Shown: positions 1 through 10,852, counted from the first letter of the stretch. The stretch is DNA of 64,000 bases from Candidatus Krumholzibacteriia bacterium (GCA_041484665.1 JBGPIA010000001.1:960001-1024000), one strand, 5' to 3'. The notes: a model not told the origin generated them from the letters alone. Numbers and translations are program-made.

Positions 1-1
1 C

Positions 2-826
2 GCCGTCCTGTTGCGCATGCTGGCTGCGGGCGTGCAATCGCCCGTCACCAGCAGTGCCGGCCGTTTGTTCGATGCGGTGGCATCGCTGCTGGATCTGCGC
101 CAGACCGTCGCCTTCGAGGGGCAGGCGGCGATGGAGCTGGAGTTCGCGGCGCGAGCCGCCGGCGCGTGGGATGGCGACGACGGAGGCGGGGTCCAGCCAT
201 ATCCCTTCGCGATCGAACGGCCTGCGGGTGCGGATGGCGCGGCAGCCGCGGGTGGCGCAGGTAGCGCGGGCAGTGCGGGTAGCGCGAGCCGCGCGCCCAC
301 CGCGGACGGCGGCCCGCGCGCCGGCGACCATCTGGTGGTGGAATGGGCCCCGATGGTCCGCGCGATCCTCGAGGACGTCGGCCGCGGGACGCCCGTTGGA
401 CCGATCGCACGCCGCTTCCACGAGACCCTGGCGTGCGCCATCGTCGAGGTGGCGCGGCGCGTGGGCGAGCCGCGCGTCGTGCTCAGCGGCGGGTGCTTCC
501 AGAACGCGCTCTTGACTGAGCGCACCGTGCGACGCCTGCAGCAGGCCGGATTCCGTCCGTACTGGCACCAGCGCGTCCCACCCAACGACGGCGGGCTGGC
601 GCTGGGTCAGGCGTACGCCGTGGCGCGGGCGCTGCGCCCAACGGCGCCAGGAGCAAGTCTGGCCGGGTCACACGCGATGGGACCCGACGCGGCGCGAGCA
701 GACACGGCCGCATCCGACGCAGTACGAGCGGGCGCGGCACGATCGGACACGGCACGAGCGGACACGGCGCACACGACCCTGCCCGACCCAAGGAAGGAAT
801 GCCATGTGCCTGGCAGTGCCCGGTAA
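2..826 (+). CDS. hypF: Carbamoyltransferase HypF, C-terminal part (5' end outside window)
   Basis: Motifs TSSAGRLFDAV, FEGQAAMELE, VVLSGGCFQN, VPPNDGGLALGQ; directly upstream of hypC-hypD-hypE. Confidence 0.95.
   Translation, partial: AVLLRMLAAGVQSPVTSSAGRLFDAVASLLDLRQTVAFEGQAAMELEFAARAAGAWDGDDGGGVQPYPFAIERPAGADGAAAAGGAGSAGSAGSASRAPTADGGPRAGDHLVVEWAPMVRAILEDVGRGTPVGPIARRFHETLACAIVEVARRVGEPRVVLSGGCFQNALLTERTVRRLQQAGFRPYWHQRVPPNDGGLALGQAYAVARALRPTAPGASLAGSHAMGPDAARADTAASDAVRAGAARSDTARADTAHTTLPDPRKECHVPGSAR
686..775 (+). repeat. Six degenerate 15-bp tandem units (consensus near GACRCGGCRCGAGCG) encoding the HypF tail
   Basis: Units start at 686, 701, 716, 731, 746, 761 and encode DAARA/DTAAS/DAVRA/GAARS/DTARA/DTAHT. 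Confidence 0.8.
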
Positions 827-1136
827 GCTCGTGAGCATCGAGGGCGACGATCCCCTCCTGCGCACGGGCCGGGTGGACTTCGGGGGGATCGTGAAGACAG
901 TGAACCTGGCGTGCGTCCCCGATGCGCTCGTGGGCGAGTACGTCCTGGTCCACGTCGGAATCGCCCTCAACACCATCGACGAGCAGGAGGCCGCCGAGGT
1001 CTTCGAATACCTGCGGCGTATGGGCGAGCTGGCCGAGCTGGAGGCGGGCGAGTCGGGCCAACTCGACGCTGCAGCCGGCACCGCTGGCGATCCGGCGTGC
1101 GAAACCAACACCGCGGAAAGCGGCGAGCCCGGCTGA
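804..1136 (+). CDS. hypC: Hydrogenase maturation chaperone HypC
   Basis: N-terminal MCLAVPG and YVLVHVG motifs; AAGGA SD upstream. Confidence 0.97.
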   Translation: MCLAVPGKLVSIEGDDPLLRTGRVDFGGIVKTVNLACVPDALVGEYVLVHVGIALNTIDEQEAAEVFEYLRRMGELAELEAGESGQLDAAAGTAGDPACETNTAESGEPG

Positions 1137-1169
1137 AGCCGGCCGCCCAAGCGAGATCGGCGACACGCC

Positions 1170-2324
1170 ATGCGCTTCATCGACGAGTACCGGGACGCCC
1201 GCGCTGCAGCGCGTTACGCCCGCGCCCTACGCCGCGCCACTACGCGCCCCTGGACGATCATGGAGGTGTGCGGCGGCCAGACGCACGCCATCGTCAAGTT
1301 CGGCGTGGACGAGCTGCTGCCATCGGTGCTGACCTTAGTCCACGGCCCCGGCTGCCCCGTGTGCGTCACGCCGCTGGAGCTGATCGAGAAGGCCCTGGAG
1401 ATCGCCGCCATCCCGGAGGTGATCTTTTGCTCGTTCGGCGACATGCTGCGCGTCCCGGGCCGGTCCAAGGACCTGCTCTCGGTCAAGGCCGCGGGCGGCG
1501 ACGTGCGCATCGTCTACTCGCCACTGGACGCGCTCGCCGTCGCGCGGCAGAACCCCAACCGGACTGTGGTGTTCTTCGCCGTCGGCTTCGAGACCACCGC
1601 CCCCGCCAATGCCATGGCGGTCGTCCAAGCTCACCGCGAGGGCCTGCGCAACTTCGCGCTGCTGGTGTCCCACGTGCTCGTGCCGCCGGCGATGGAGGCG
1701 ATCCTTGCCTCTCCCGACAACCGCGTGCAGGGGTTCTTGGCCGCCGGGCACGTGTGCACCGTGATGGGCTTCACCGAGTACGAGCCGATCGCAAAGCGTT
1801 ATCGCGTGCCGATCGTGGTCACGGGCTTCGAGCCGGTGGATATCCTGCAGGGCGTATACATGTGCGTGCGGCAACTCGAGGACGGGCGCGCCGAGGTGGA
1901 AAACCAATACAGCCGGGCGGTCCAGCGAGACGGCAATCGCCAGGCGCAAGAGCTGATCCGCACGGTGTTCCAAGTCGTTGCGCGCAAGTGGCGTGGCGTG
2001 GGCGAGATCCCGCGCAGCGGCCTCGGGCTGCGGGCGCAGTACGCGGAGTTCGACGCGGAGCGGCGCTTCGGAGTTGCGGACCGCGCCGTCGAGGAGCCCT
2101 CCGAGTGCATTAGCGGATTGATCCTGCAAGGCGTGAGGAAGCCCCATGAGTGCCCCGCGTTCGGTACGCTCTGCACCCCCGAGCACCCGCTGGGCGCGAC
2201 GATGGTCTCCTTTGAGGGCGCGTGCGCGGCGTACTACCGGTATCGACGCGCGGCGCCTGCCCGGGCGCCGGGCGCGGCGGTGGCAAAGGATCCCGTTGCG
2301 GGAACACAAGCCCATGGATCCTGA
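1170..2324 (+). CDS. hypD: Hydrogenase maturation protein HypD
   Basis: [23 protein letters not shown] and C-terminal Cys cluster ([11 protein letters not shown]...EGACAAYY). Confidence 0.97.
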   Translation: MRFIDEYRDARAAARYARALRRATTRPWTIMEVCGGQTHAIVKFGVDELLPSVLTLVHGPGCPVCVTPLELIEKALEIAAIPEVIFCSFGDMLRVPGRSKDLLSVKAAGGDVRIVYSPLDALAVARQNPNRTVVFFAVGFETTAPANAMAVVQAHREGLRNFALLVSHVLVPPAMEAILASPDNRVQGFLAAGHVCTVMGFTEYEPIAKRYRVPIVVTGFEPVDILQGVYMCVRQLEDGRAEVENQYSRAVQRDGNRQAQELIRTVFQVVARKWRGVGEIPRSGLGLRAQYAEFDAERRFGVADRAVEEPSECISGLILQGVRKPHECPAFGTLCTPEHPLGATMVSFEGACAAYYRYRRAAPARAPGAAVAKDPVAGTQAHGS

Positions 2325-3396
2325 GCGCGACCGCCCCCTGCCGCTGCAGCTGCAGTGCCCGCTGCCGCTGGATCGCTACCCGCACGTGATGCTGGCCCAC
2401 GGCGGCGGCGGCAAGCTGATGCACCAGCTGATCGAGCAGGTGTTCCTCGAAGCGTTTCGAAACCCGCTGCTGGAGACCCGCCACGACGGCGCGGTGCTCG
2501 ACCTGGGCGGGCAGCGCGTCGCGTTCACGGCCGACTCCTACGTGGTGCGTCCGCTGTTCTTCCCCGGTGGAGACATCGGCTCGCTGGCCGTCGACGGCAC
2601 GGTCAACGACCTGGCGATGTGCGGTGCGCGCCCGCTCTATCTCAGCGCCGGCTTCATCCTGGAGGAGGGCCTGCCCATGGAGACGCTGTGGCGCATCGTC
2701 CAGTCGATGCGGCAGGCGGCCCAGGCGGCGGGCGTGCAGATCGTGACCGGTGACACGAAGGTCGTCGACCGCGGGAAGGCCGACGGCGTCTTCATCAGTA
2801 CGGCCGGTGTGGGGCTGGTCCCGGCGGGCGTGGATCTGCAGCCGGCGCGCGTGCGACCCGGGGACGCGGTGCTGGTGAGCGGCGATCTGGGGCGTCACGG
2901 TATCGCCATCATGGCCGTGCGCGAGGGGCTGGAGTTCGAGACGACCATCGAAAGCGACTGCGCGCCGCTCAACGGTCTGGTGCAGCCCTTGCTCGCGGCC
3001 GGCATCGAGCTGCACTGCCTGCGCGACCTCACGCGTGGCGGCCTGGCGAGCGCGCTGGTGGAGGTCGCGCAAGCCAGCGGGCAGGGAATCCGCATCGATG
3101 AGGCAGCGATCCCGGTCCGCGAGGACGTGCGGGGCGCCTGCGAGATCCTCGGGCTCGACCCCATGTACGTCGCCAACGAGGGGCGTTTGGTGGCGTTCGT
3201 CGCCGCGCAGGATGCCCAGCGGGCGCTGGAATGCCTGCGCGGCCAGGCGCGAGGCGCGGACGGGTTGGGCGCGGGCGCGGCTCTCATCGGGAGCGTGGTC
3301 GAGGACGGCGACGCGTACGTCACCATGCGCAGCTGCATCGGCGCCACGCGCATCGTCGACATGCTCAGCGGGGAGCAGCTGCCCAGGATCTGCTGA
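2314..3396 (+). CDS. hypE: Carbamoyl dehydratase HypE
   Basis: [30 protein letters not shown] and terminal LPRIC; ATG 2314 overlaps the hypD end. Confidence 0.96.
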   Translation: MDPERDRPLPLQLQCPLPLDRYPHVMLAHGGGGKLMHQLIEQVFLEAFRNPLLETRHDGAVLDLGGQRVAFTADSYVVRPLFFPGGDIGSLAVDGTVNDLAMCGARPLYLSAGFILEEGLPMETLWRIVQSMRQAAQAAGVQIVTGDTKVVDRGKADGVFISTAGVGLVPAGVDLQPARVRPGDAVLVSGDLGRHGIAIMAVREGLEFETTIESDCAPLNGLVQPLLAAGIELHCLRDLTRGGLASALVEVAQASGQGIRIDEAAIPVREDVRGACEILGLDPMYVANEGRLVAFVAAQDAQRALECLRGQARGADGLGAGAALIGSVVEDGDAYVTMRSCIGATRIVDMLSGEQLPRIC

Positions 3397-3457
3397 GCCT
3401 TGTAGGGCAAGCGCGCCGGCGCCGGGAGCGCGACCGGAGCGCGCTGCGAGGTGAACC

Positions 3458-4543
3458 ATGAGCCTCTCCGTCGGCATCGCCGGCCTACCCAACGTGGGGA
3501 AGTCCACCCTCCTCAACGCGCTGACCCACGCCGGCGCGGAGGCCTCCAACTATCCCTTCTGCACGATCGACCAGAACGTCGGGATCGCGCCAGTGCCCGA
3601 CCCCGACCTCGCGCGCCTCGCCGCCATCCTGAAGCCGCAGGAGGTCACGCCCACCACGATCCAGTTCGTGGACATTGCGGGGCTGGTTGCCGGCGCCAGC
3701 CGCGGCGAGGGGCTGGGCAACAAGTTCCTCGGGCACATCCGCGACGTGGACGCCATCCTCCAGGTCGTGCGCTGCTTTGTGGAGCCCAACGTGGTGCACG
3801 CCACGGGAGCGCCCGATCCGGTGCGCGATGTTGACATCATCGAGACGGAGTTCCTGCTGGCCGACCTCGAGGTGGCCGCGCGCGCGCACCAGAAGTGGGT
3901 GCGGGCGACCAAAGCGGGCACCGGCGGCAAAGAGGAGGAGGCGGTCTACGCGCGCGTGATCGAGGCCCTGAACGCGGGGATTTGGATCGGCGCGCTCCAC
4001 TTCCACGAACCGGAGCGCGAGATCCTCGCGGAAACGCGCTTCCTGACCGCCAAACCCTGCCTCTACGTGGCCAACACCGGCGAGGACGACCCCCAGGGTG
4101 AAGGGCCCCTGCCCTCGGCGCTTCGCCAGGCCAAGGGCTCCGACCGCGTACTCTCGGTGTCCGTGCGCATCGAGGCGGAAGTGTCCGAGCTCCCGCCGCA
4201 GGAGCAGGCGGAGTTCCTCGGGGCGTTGGGACTGAAGGAGACGGCCCTCGATCTGGTCATCCACGCCTGTTATCGGCTCCTCGACCTGATCACGTTCTAT
4301 ACGATCGCCAACGACAAGCTGCGCGCCTGGCAGCTGTACCGGGGCTGCACGGCGGTGCAGGCCGCCGGCAAGATCCACAGCGACATGGAGAAGGGATTCA
4401 TCCGCGCCGAGGTGATGGGCCTCGCCGATCTCGTACGGCACGGCAGTCGTCATGCCCTGCACGAGCATGGGCTCACCCACGTCGTGGGGCGCGATCACGT
4501 AGTCCAGGACAAAGACGTGCTGCAGATCCAATTCAAGGCCTGA
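3458..4543 (+). CDS. ychF: Redox-regulated ATPase YchF
   Basis: GLPNVGKST, NYPFCTI, DIAGLV, GEGLGNKFL, AAGKIHSD and TGS tail; GAGGTG SD. Confidence 0.93.
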   Translation: MSLSVGIAGLPNVGKSTLLNALTHAGAEASNYPFCTIDQNVGIAPVPDPDLARLAAILKPQEVTPTTIQFVDIAGLVAGASRGEGLGNKFLGHIRDVDAILQVVRCFVEPNVVHATGAPDPVRDVDIIETEFLLADLEVAARAHQKWVRATKAGTGGKEEEAVYARVIEALNAGIWIGALHFHEPEREILAETRFLTAKPCLYVANTGEDDPQGEGPLPSALRQAKGSDRVLSVSVRIEAEVSELPPQEQAEFLGALGLKETALDLVIHACYRLLDLITFYTIANDKLRAWQLYRGCTAVQAAGKIHSDMEKGFIRAEVMGLADLVRHGSRHALHEHGLTHVVGRDHVVQDKDVLQIQFKA

Positions 4544-4550
4544 CGCCGGG

Positions 4551-4660
4551 ACGGCGACGGACGCCGTCACTCGTCGCCGTTCGCCGACGGACACCGCCGC
4601 CCGTCGCCGCTTGCCGCCGGTTGCCGCCGCTCACCGTCGCTCGCCGCCGTTTGCCGCCGA
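4551..4660. repeat. Intergenic 10-bp-period tandem array, about 11 degenerate units (consensus near TYGCCGCCGN)
   Basis: Consecutive decamers such as tcgtcgccgt, ccgtcgccgc, ttgccgccgg, ttgccgccgc, tcgccgccgt, ttgccgccga between convergent genes. Confidence 0.8.
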
Positions 4661-4687
4661 TCGAGCGAGTGCCGGCGCGACCCCCCG

Positions 4688-5317
4688 TCAGTTGTACGTG
4701 GCCGTGAGGCGCAGCGCGAAGCTGGGGCCGCTCCAGCTGCCGTCGAGCTGCCCGTCGGGCACGGTGTGATAGCCGAACGCGCCGGCCGCGCCGAGCCCCC
4801 AGCTCTTGCCCACCCACCACTCCTTGCCGACCGTGAGGTCCAGCACGAAGCCGTAGTCCGTGTCCCCGCTGACGTGGCCCGTATCCACGGAGAGCTTTCC
4901 CGTTCCGACACTCCCGGAGACGTAGAGGTTGACCGGCATGAGGTAGTACGTCAGCCCAGCTCCGAGCGCGCTCAGGCTGACGTCGGCATTCGCAGTTGCA
5001 ACGCCCAGGTCCTGGAATTCGACGTCCGGCTTGCTGATCAACCAGCCGAAGACCGTCCCATGCAGCGCCAGATTGGGCGCCACGATCGCACCGACCGCGA
5101 AGTTCAGGTCCGCCGTCGCGCCCGACATCTTCGTCCTGCCGAATGGGGTGTCCGCGATCGTGGACCGGGCTCCCCCGGGGCCGGCCGAGAGCCGTAGGAA
5201 AAAGCCGGCATCATGCGCGCGCGGGCTGCTGTCCGCATTGGCCACAGCCGCAGCTGCAACGGCATGACACAGGAGAAGGGCGCCGAGCAGGGGGCGTCTC
5301 GCGTATCGCAGACTCAT
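4688..5317 (-). CDS. Outer-membrane beta-barrel protein
   Basis: GGAGGT SD, signal peptide, alternating amphipathic strands, C-terminal LRLTATYN. Confidence 0.75.
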   Translation of the reverse strand: MSLRYARRPLLGALLLCHAVAAAAVANADSSPRAHDAGFFLRLSAGPGGARSTIADTPFGRTKMSGATADLNFAVGAIVAPNLALHGTVFGWLISKPDVEFQDLGVATANADVSLSALGAGLTYYLMPVNLYVSGSVGTGKLSVDTGHVSGDTDYGFVLDLTVGKEWWVGKSWGLGAAGAFGYHTVPDGQLDGSWSGPSFALRLTATYN

Positions 5318-5486
5318 GGTCACCTCCGCGTGAGATCTCCCGGGAAGAGCCTGCCGGCACTTGCCGACAAGCCCCTCAAGGCAGAGCCGCAGCCTGCCGA
5401 AAACACCGCCGAGGGCGGTAGGCTGGCCGCTCCATGCCGCCGCTGAGCACGCGTCCCGGGGCTCGTCCAACCGGAGGAAGGCACTC

Positions 5487-6572
5487 GTGCATCCAGCCGG
5501 CGCGTACATCCTCGTCGTCGACGACAACCAGCGCAACCTCGCAATCATGAAGAAGATCCTGGGCGCGCGCTACCGCCTCGCCCTGGCAGCCTCCGGGGAG
5601 GAGGCGCTCGCGATCGCCGAGCAGTTCGTCCCCGATCTGGTGCTCCTGGACATCATGATGCCGGGCATCGACGGGTACGAGACCTGCCGGCGTCTGCGGG
5701 CCAATGACCAGCTCAAGCATGCCAAGATCATCATGGTCTCGGCCAAGGCGCTGACCTCCGAGCGTCTGGAGGGGTATGCGGCCGGAGCCGATGACTACGT
5801 GACCAAGCCCTTCGACGAGGACGAGCTGCTGGCCAAGATCGAAGTCTATCGCCGCCTCAAATCCGCCGAAGAGATCAGCCGCCTGAAGTCAGACCTCCTC
5901 GACCTCTTCGATCACGAGACCCGCACTCCACTCACGGCCATCATGACACCGACTGCGATGCTGCTCGACGATGCTACGCTCACCGCCGAGCAACGTCAGC
6001 TGTTGATCATGGTCCAGTCGGGGGCGCAGGGACTGCACCGGCTGGTGACGCGGGTGTCGTTCCTGAGCTCGCTGCGGGCCGGGATGGTGCAGTTCGACCT
6101 CGAGCGGCACGATCTGTCCAGCCTCGTGCTCGACTTCGCCGAGCTGATGCGCCCCGCCGCGCACGCCGCGCAGGTGCAGATCCGCACCGGAATCGCGCCA
6201 CAGATCCAGATGGAGTGCGATGCGACGCACATGAGGACTGCCGTCTGCGCGCTTCTGGACAATGCTGTGCGCTACACACGACAGGGCGGCACGATCGACG
6301 TTCGGCTGGCCCAGCTGAGCGAGCACGCCAGCCTGACGGTGGCCGACCAGGGGCCGGGGATCCCACCCGCGCTCCTCCCTCATCTCTTCGAGGAGTTTGC
6401 GGTGACCGACGTGGCGCACCATCACGCGGGTCACGGGCTGAGCCTCGCGATCACCCGTTCCATCGTTCAGCGCCACGGCGGGACGATTGCGGTGCATAGC
6501 CCTGCCGGCCAGGGATCGGAGTTCGAGCTCGTCTTTCCGGTCTGCGCGCCGGTGCCCGTGGCAGTCACGTAG
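5487..6572 (+). CDS. Hybrid receiver-histidine kinase (REC-HisKA-HATPase)
   Basis: ILVVDD, LLDIMMPGIDG, YVTKPF, H-box HETRTPLT, N-box NAVRY, DQGPGI; GGAGG SD before GTG. Confidence 0.9.
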   Translation: MHPAGAYILVVDDNQRNLAIMKKILGARYRLALAASGEEALAIAEQFVPDLVLLDIMMPGIDGYETCRRLRANDQLKHAKIIMVSAKALTSERLEGYAAGADDYVTKPFDEDELLAKIEVYRRLKSAEEISRLKSDLLDLFDHETRTPLTAIMTPTAMLLDDATLTAEQRQLLIMVQSGAQGLHRLVTRVSFLSSLRAGMVQFDLERHDLSSLVLDFAELMRPAAHAAQVQIRTGIAPQIQMECDATHMRTAVCALLDNAVRYTRQGGTIDVRLAQLSEHASLTVADQGPGIPPALLPHLFEEFAVTDVAHHHAGHGLSLAITRSIVQRHGGTIAVHSPAGQGSEFELVFPVCAPVPVAVT

Positions 6573-6648
6573 CGGGGACCCGCAGCGCTGGGCCGCCGCA
6601 GAGGTCGCACATGATCTGGACCGCTATGACGGCCGACGTTCGCGGTGC

Positions 6649-8859
6649 ATGCAACTGATGCCCAACTCGATCCACACCCGGCTCACGCTGCTCTTGTCCT
6701 TCGTGCTGGCCTCTTTCGCCGGCGGGCTCGTCTTCCTGCATCGCTCGCAGCGCAGCCAGGTGGATCTGCTCTTCCAGGAGCGCGTCACGGCCACCGGCCG
6801 CGTGTTCCACGAGCTGCTGGAGCTCAAGGAGCACTCGCTCAAGGTTCACGTCGAGGACTACTCCCGCTGGGATGAGTTCGTCGACTTCGTCGCGACGCCG
6901 GACCCGCAGTGGAGTCGGTTGAACATCGCGGAGAGTCTCAAGGAGTTCGGCGTCGACGTGGCCTGGGTGCTGGACCGGGGCTCCAGGCCGATCTATGCCA
7001 CGGCTCTGGACTCGGCGACGGCTCCCGGCCTGCCTCCCGCGGACCCGGCGGAGCTGCGCGCAAGCCTGCAGGGCAAGCCGTTCCAGCACTTCTTCGTCCG
7101 CCGCCCGACGGGGCTCCTGGAGGTGCGCACCGCTCCGATCCAGCCTTCCGCCGACCTGAAGCGGGAGACCCCGCCGTGCGGCTACTACGTCGTGGGCCGC
7201 TTGTGGGACGCGGCCTTTCTGTCCGAGCTCGCCGACGCCGCGAACGGAGACGTAGGTGTCGAGCCTGCGAGCGTGGGCGACATGGGTCCGCGCACCTCGC
7301 TCGCCGAGGGGCGGATCGTGGTGCGCGCTCCGCTGGCGGACATCACTGGAGCTCCGTTCGCCAGGATCTACCTGATCAGCAGCTTCCCCATCGCGGACCG
7401 CATCGCGGGCCAGGCGCGCAATTCGTTCCTGCTCCTTGCGGCGTACGCCTTGACCACGTTCCTCGCCGCGTCGGGGCTGCTGTCCCGCTGGATCGCGCAA
7501 CCCCTGCGCGAGGTCACGAACGCCCTCCACACCCAGGAGTGTACCCACCTCGATGGCCTGTCGGCTCGCGACGACGAGTTCGGCCGTCTCGCCACCCTCA
7601 TCCTGGAGTTCTTCCGGCAGAAGATCTTGCTCGTGGAGGAGATCGCCGAGCGGGCGCGCGCGGAGCGAGAGGTGCTCGCCCAGAGAGAATTCGTGCGGCA
7701 GGTGATCGACACGGACCCCAATCCGATCTCGGTGCTGGACGCGCAGGGGCGCTTCGTGCTGGCAAACCGGGCCCTGGGCCAGTTGTTGGGTACGACGGCC
7801 GATGCCCTGCTGCAGCGGTCCCTGGAAGCGGTGCTGGGGCCCGGAGAGGCGCTCCAGCACTCCCTGCGCACCAACCGTGAGGTGCTCGACTTGAATGGGC
7901 CGGTCGTCTCCGAGCAGCGCGTGGCGAGACCGGACGGCGCAATGCGCATCTTCCACACCATCCAATGCCCGCTGCGGCGGCCGGATGGTGAGGTGCAGGT
8001 CCTGGGGATCTGGGTCGACGTGACGGATCAGGAGCGCGTCCGCGCTGAGATCATCCGGGCGAAGGAAGCGGCGGAGTCGGGCGCGCGCGCCAAGTCGGAG
8101 TTCCTGGCCAATATGTCCCACGAGATCCGCACGCCGATGCACGCCATCCTCAGCTATGCGCGCTTCGGTGAGAAGGAGGCCCAGACCGCGGAGCGCGAGG
8201 AATTGCTCGAGTACTTCCGCAACATCCACGAGAGCGGCCGCAGTCTCCTCGAGCTCCTCAACGACCTGCTCGATCTGGCGCGGCTCGAGTCCGGCCGCGC
8301 GCGGTTCGAGCGCGGCGAGGTCGATCTCGCCGCGGTCGTCGACAGCGCGGTCGACGAGTTCACGCCCCTGGCGCGCGAGCGTCAGCTCCGTATCGACGCG
8401 GACGCCGTCGAGGACCTGCCACCGGTGTGGGCGGACCGACTGAAGATGCTCCAGGTGTTGCGCAATCTCCTCTCCAACGCGGCGAAGTTCTCACCCGCCG
8501 GCGGAGTGATCGAGGTGCGGGCTGGCCGGCACGATGGGTCCGTACGGGTTTCCGTGGCCGACCGCGGGATCGGAATCCCCGAGGGAGAGCTGGAGCTGGT
8601 TTTCGACAAGTTCGTGCAATCGAGCAAGACCAAGTCGGGGGCGGGTGGGACTGGCCTGGGCCTGGCCATCTGCCGCGAGATCCTCACCGCGTACGGCGGG
8701 CGGATCTGGGCGCAGAACCGTGACGGCGGCGGGGCGCAGTTCACCTTCGAGCTGCCGCTCGGCGCGCCCCCAAACGAAGCAGCTCCACACGAAGGGACGG
8801 CAGCGGACGCGAGGATGGCTCGCCCAGCGCCACCCGGCCCCGTGCGCGTGCCCGCCTAG
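6649..8859 (+). CDS. Membrane sensor histidine kinase (CHASE4-like, PAS, HisKA, HATPase)
   Basis: Two TM segments around DYSRWDEF, PAS-like region, FLANMSHEIRTP, NLLSNAAKF, GGTGLGLAI; start could be 6658. Confidence 0.88.
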   Translation: MQLMPNSIHTRLTLLLSFVLASFAGGLVFLHRSQRSQVDLLFQERVTATGRVFHELLELKEHSLKVHVEDYSRWDEFVDFVATPDPQWSRLNIAESLKEFGVDVAWVLDRGSRPIYATALDSATAPGLPPADPAELRASLQGKPFQHFFVRRPTGLLEVRTAPIQPSADLKRETPPCGYYVVGRLWDAAFLSELADAANGDVGVEPASVGDMGPRTSLAEGRIVVRAPLADITGAPFARIYLISSFPIADRIAGQARNSFLLLAAYALTTFLAASGLLSRWIAQPLREVTNALHTQECTHLDGLSARDDEFGRLATLILEFFRQKILLVEEIAERARAEREVLAQREFVRQVIDTDPNPISVLDAQGRFVLANRALGQLLGTTADALLQRSLEAVLGPGEALQHSLRTNREVLDLNGPVVSEQRVARPDGAMRIFHTIQCPLRRPDGEVQVLGIWVDVTDQERVRAEIIRAKEAAESGARAKSEFLANMSHEIRTPMHAILSYARFGEKEAQTAEREELLEYFRNIHESGRSLLELLNDLLDLARLESGRARFERGEVDLAAVVDSAVDEFTPLARERQLRIDADAVEDLPPVWADRLKMLQVLRNLLSNAAKFSPAGGVIEVRAGRHDGSVRVSVADRGIGIPEGELELVFDKFVQSSKTKSGAGGTGLGLAICREILTAYGGRIWAQNRDGGGAQFTFELPLGAPPNEAAPHEGTAADARMARPAPPGPVRVPA

Positions 8860-8923
8860 CGGATCGGGCTCGTGGCGCGCCGATCGAGTCGGATTCCACG
8901 CTCGCCTTGCGGGAGGCATGAAC

Positions 8924-9046
8924 ATGACGCGGACTGCCTGGCTCCTGATCTGGGTGCTGCCCGCCGTGGGAGCGTGCCTCCCGGCTGCCGCCGCGGCGAC
9001 GTCGCAAGCGGAAGCGGACACCTCGCTGCGCCCGGCCGGCTGGCAA
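8924..9046 (+). pseudogene. Possible remnant: signal-peptide-coding 5' stub of a secreted protein gene
   Basis: GGAGG 7 nt before ATG; MTRTAWLLIWVLPAVGACLPAAAAA; the frame then runs antisense into pckG until a stop at 9199. Confidence 0.4.
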
Positions 9047-10852
9047 TCAGGCCGCCGCGCTGGCGCGCGCTGCCTGCAGCCGCCGTTGCAGGGCGGCCAA
9101 CTCGTCGCGCAGCCCCTGGGGCAGCTTGACGCCGAACTTCTCGTAGTGCTTCGCGATCAGCGGTACCTCGGCCGACCAGCCTTCGAGATCCACCCGTAGC
9201 AGCTCGTGCATCGCCACGTCGGCCACCTTGAGGCCAGAAACGTCCAGCGCCCCCGGCGCCGGCAGCCGGCCGATCGGCGTGTCGACGGCCTCGCCCGTGC
9301 CCGTGACGCGCTCGAACACCCAGCGTAGCACGCGGCTGTTGTCGCCGAAGCCCGGCCACAGGAACTTTCCGTCGACTCCCTTGCGGAACCAGTTCACGTA
9401 GAACATGCGGGGCAGTGTCAGCGGATCGGCCTGGGCGCCGATGCGTAGCCAGTGCGCGAAGTAGTCACCCATGTGGTAGCCGCAGAACGGTAGCATGGCG
9501 AAGGGATCGTAGCGCAGGGCACCAACGGTGCCGGCCGCCGCCGCCGTGGTCTCGCTGCTGACGATCGAGCCCAGGAACGTGCCGTGCTGCCAGGACAGCG
9601 CCTCGTTCACGAGTGGCACCACCGTGGCCCGTCGGCCGCCGAACAGGATTGCCGAGATGGGCACGCCGCGGGGATCCTCCCATTCGGGAGCAATGACGGG
9701 GCATTGGCGTGCCGGCGTCGTGAAGCGGGCGTTGGGGTGGGCGGCCTTGCGGCCACAGCCGGGGGTCCAGGGGCGCCGCAGCCAGTCGACCAGCTCTGAA
9801 GGCGGCTCGTCGGACATCTCCTCCCACCAGACATCGCCATCCTGGGTGATGGCGCAGTTGGTGAAGATGGAGTTCTTCTGGATGGTGAGCATGGCGTTGG
9901 GGTTGCTGCGCATGCTCGTTCCCGGCGCGACGCCGAAGAAGCCCGCCTCTGGATTGATGGCATGCAGCCGGCCGTCCGGACCGAACTTCATCCACGCGAT
10001 GTCGTCACCGATGGTCTCGACCTTCCAACCCGTCAGGGTGGGGTTCAGCATCGCTAGGTTGGTCTTGCCGCAGGCCGAGGGAAACGCGGCGGCGATGTAG
10101 ATCTTGCGACCCTGGGGGCTGGTGATGCCCAGGATCAGCATGTGCTCCGCCATCCACCCCTCGTCGCGCGCCTGCACGGACGCGATGCGCAGGGCATGGC
10201 ATTTCTTCCCGAGCAGCGCGTTGCCGCCGTAGCCCGACCCGAATGACCAGATCTCGCGGGTCTCGGGGAAGTGGCAGATGTATTTCGTCTTGGCGTTGCA
10301 TGGCCACGGCGCGTCCGGGGCGCCGTCAGGTAGAGGCGCACCGACCGAGTGCAGGCCGCGCACGAACTCGCCGTCCTTGCCCAACACGTCGAGCACCCGC
10401 TTGCCCACGCGAGCCATGATGTGCATGTTGGCCACGACGTACGGCGAGTCGGAGATCTCCACGCCGATCTTGGCGATCGGCGAGCCGACCGGGCCCATGC
10501 TGTAGGGGATCACGTACATCGTCCGACCCTTCATCGCGCCGGTGAAGAGCCGGGTGAGAGTGGCCTTGATCTCGCCGGGGTCGCGCCAGTGGTTGGTGGG
10601 ACCGGCGTCGTCCTGGCTCATCGAGCAGATGAACGTGAACTCCTCGACGCGGGCAACGTCGGCCGGATCGGACCGCACGAAGATGCTCCCGGGGCGCTTG
10701 CCTTCATCCAGCCGGAGCGCCGTGCCCGCGTGCACCATCACGCGCTGCATCGTGTGGTACTCCTGCTCGGAGCCGTTGCACCAATGGACGCGGTCGGGCT
10801 GGCACAGCTGCGCCACGTCGTTGACCCATTCCTTCAGCCGCTCGTGTGTCAT
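9047..10852 (-). CDS. pckG: Phosphoenolpyruvate carboxykinase (GTP)
   Basis: [48 protein letters not shown]. Confidence 0.97.
   Translation of the reverse strand: MTHERLKEWVNDVAQLCQPDRVHWCNGSEQEYHTMQRVMVHAGTALRLDEGKRPGSIFVRSDPADVARVEEFTFICSMSQDDAGPTNHWRDPGEIKATLTRLFTGAMKGRTMYVIPYSMGPVGSPIAKIGVEISDSPYVVANMHIMARVGKRVLDVLGKDGEFVRGLHSVGAPLPDGAPDAPWPCNAKTKYICHFPETREIWSFGSGYGGNALLGKKCHALRIASVQARDEGWMAEHMLILGITSPQGRKIYIAAAFPSACGKTNLAMLNPTLTGWKVETIGDDIAWMKFGPDGRLHAINPEAGFFGVAPGTSMRSNPNAMLTIQKNSIFTNCAITQDGDVWWEEMSDEPPSELVDWLRRPWTPGCGRKAAHPNARFTTPARQCPVIAPEWEDPRGVPISAILFGGRRATVVPLVNEALSWQHGTFLGSIVSSETTAAAAGTVGALRYDPFAMLPFCGYHMGDYFAHWLRIGAQADPLTLPRMFYVNWFRKGVDGKFLWPGFGDNSRVLRWVFERVTGTGEAVDTPIGRLPAPGALDVSGLKVADVAMHELLRVDLEGWSAEVPLIAKHYEKFGVKLPQGLRDELAALQRRLQAARASAAA

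Noticed and set aside
4551..4660. Possible CRISPR array
   Set aside because: Units are 10 bp, degenerate and contiguous with no spacers, and there are no cas genes; the same applies to the repeats at 27304 and 46761
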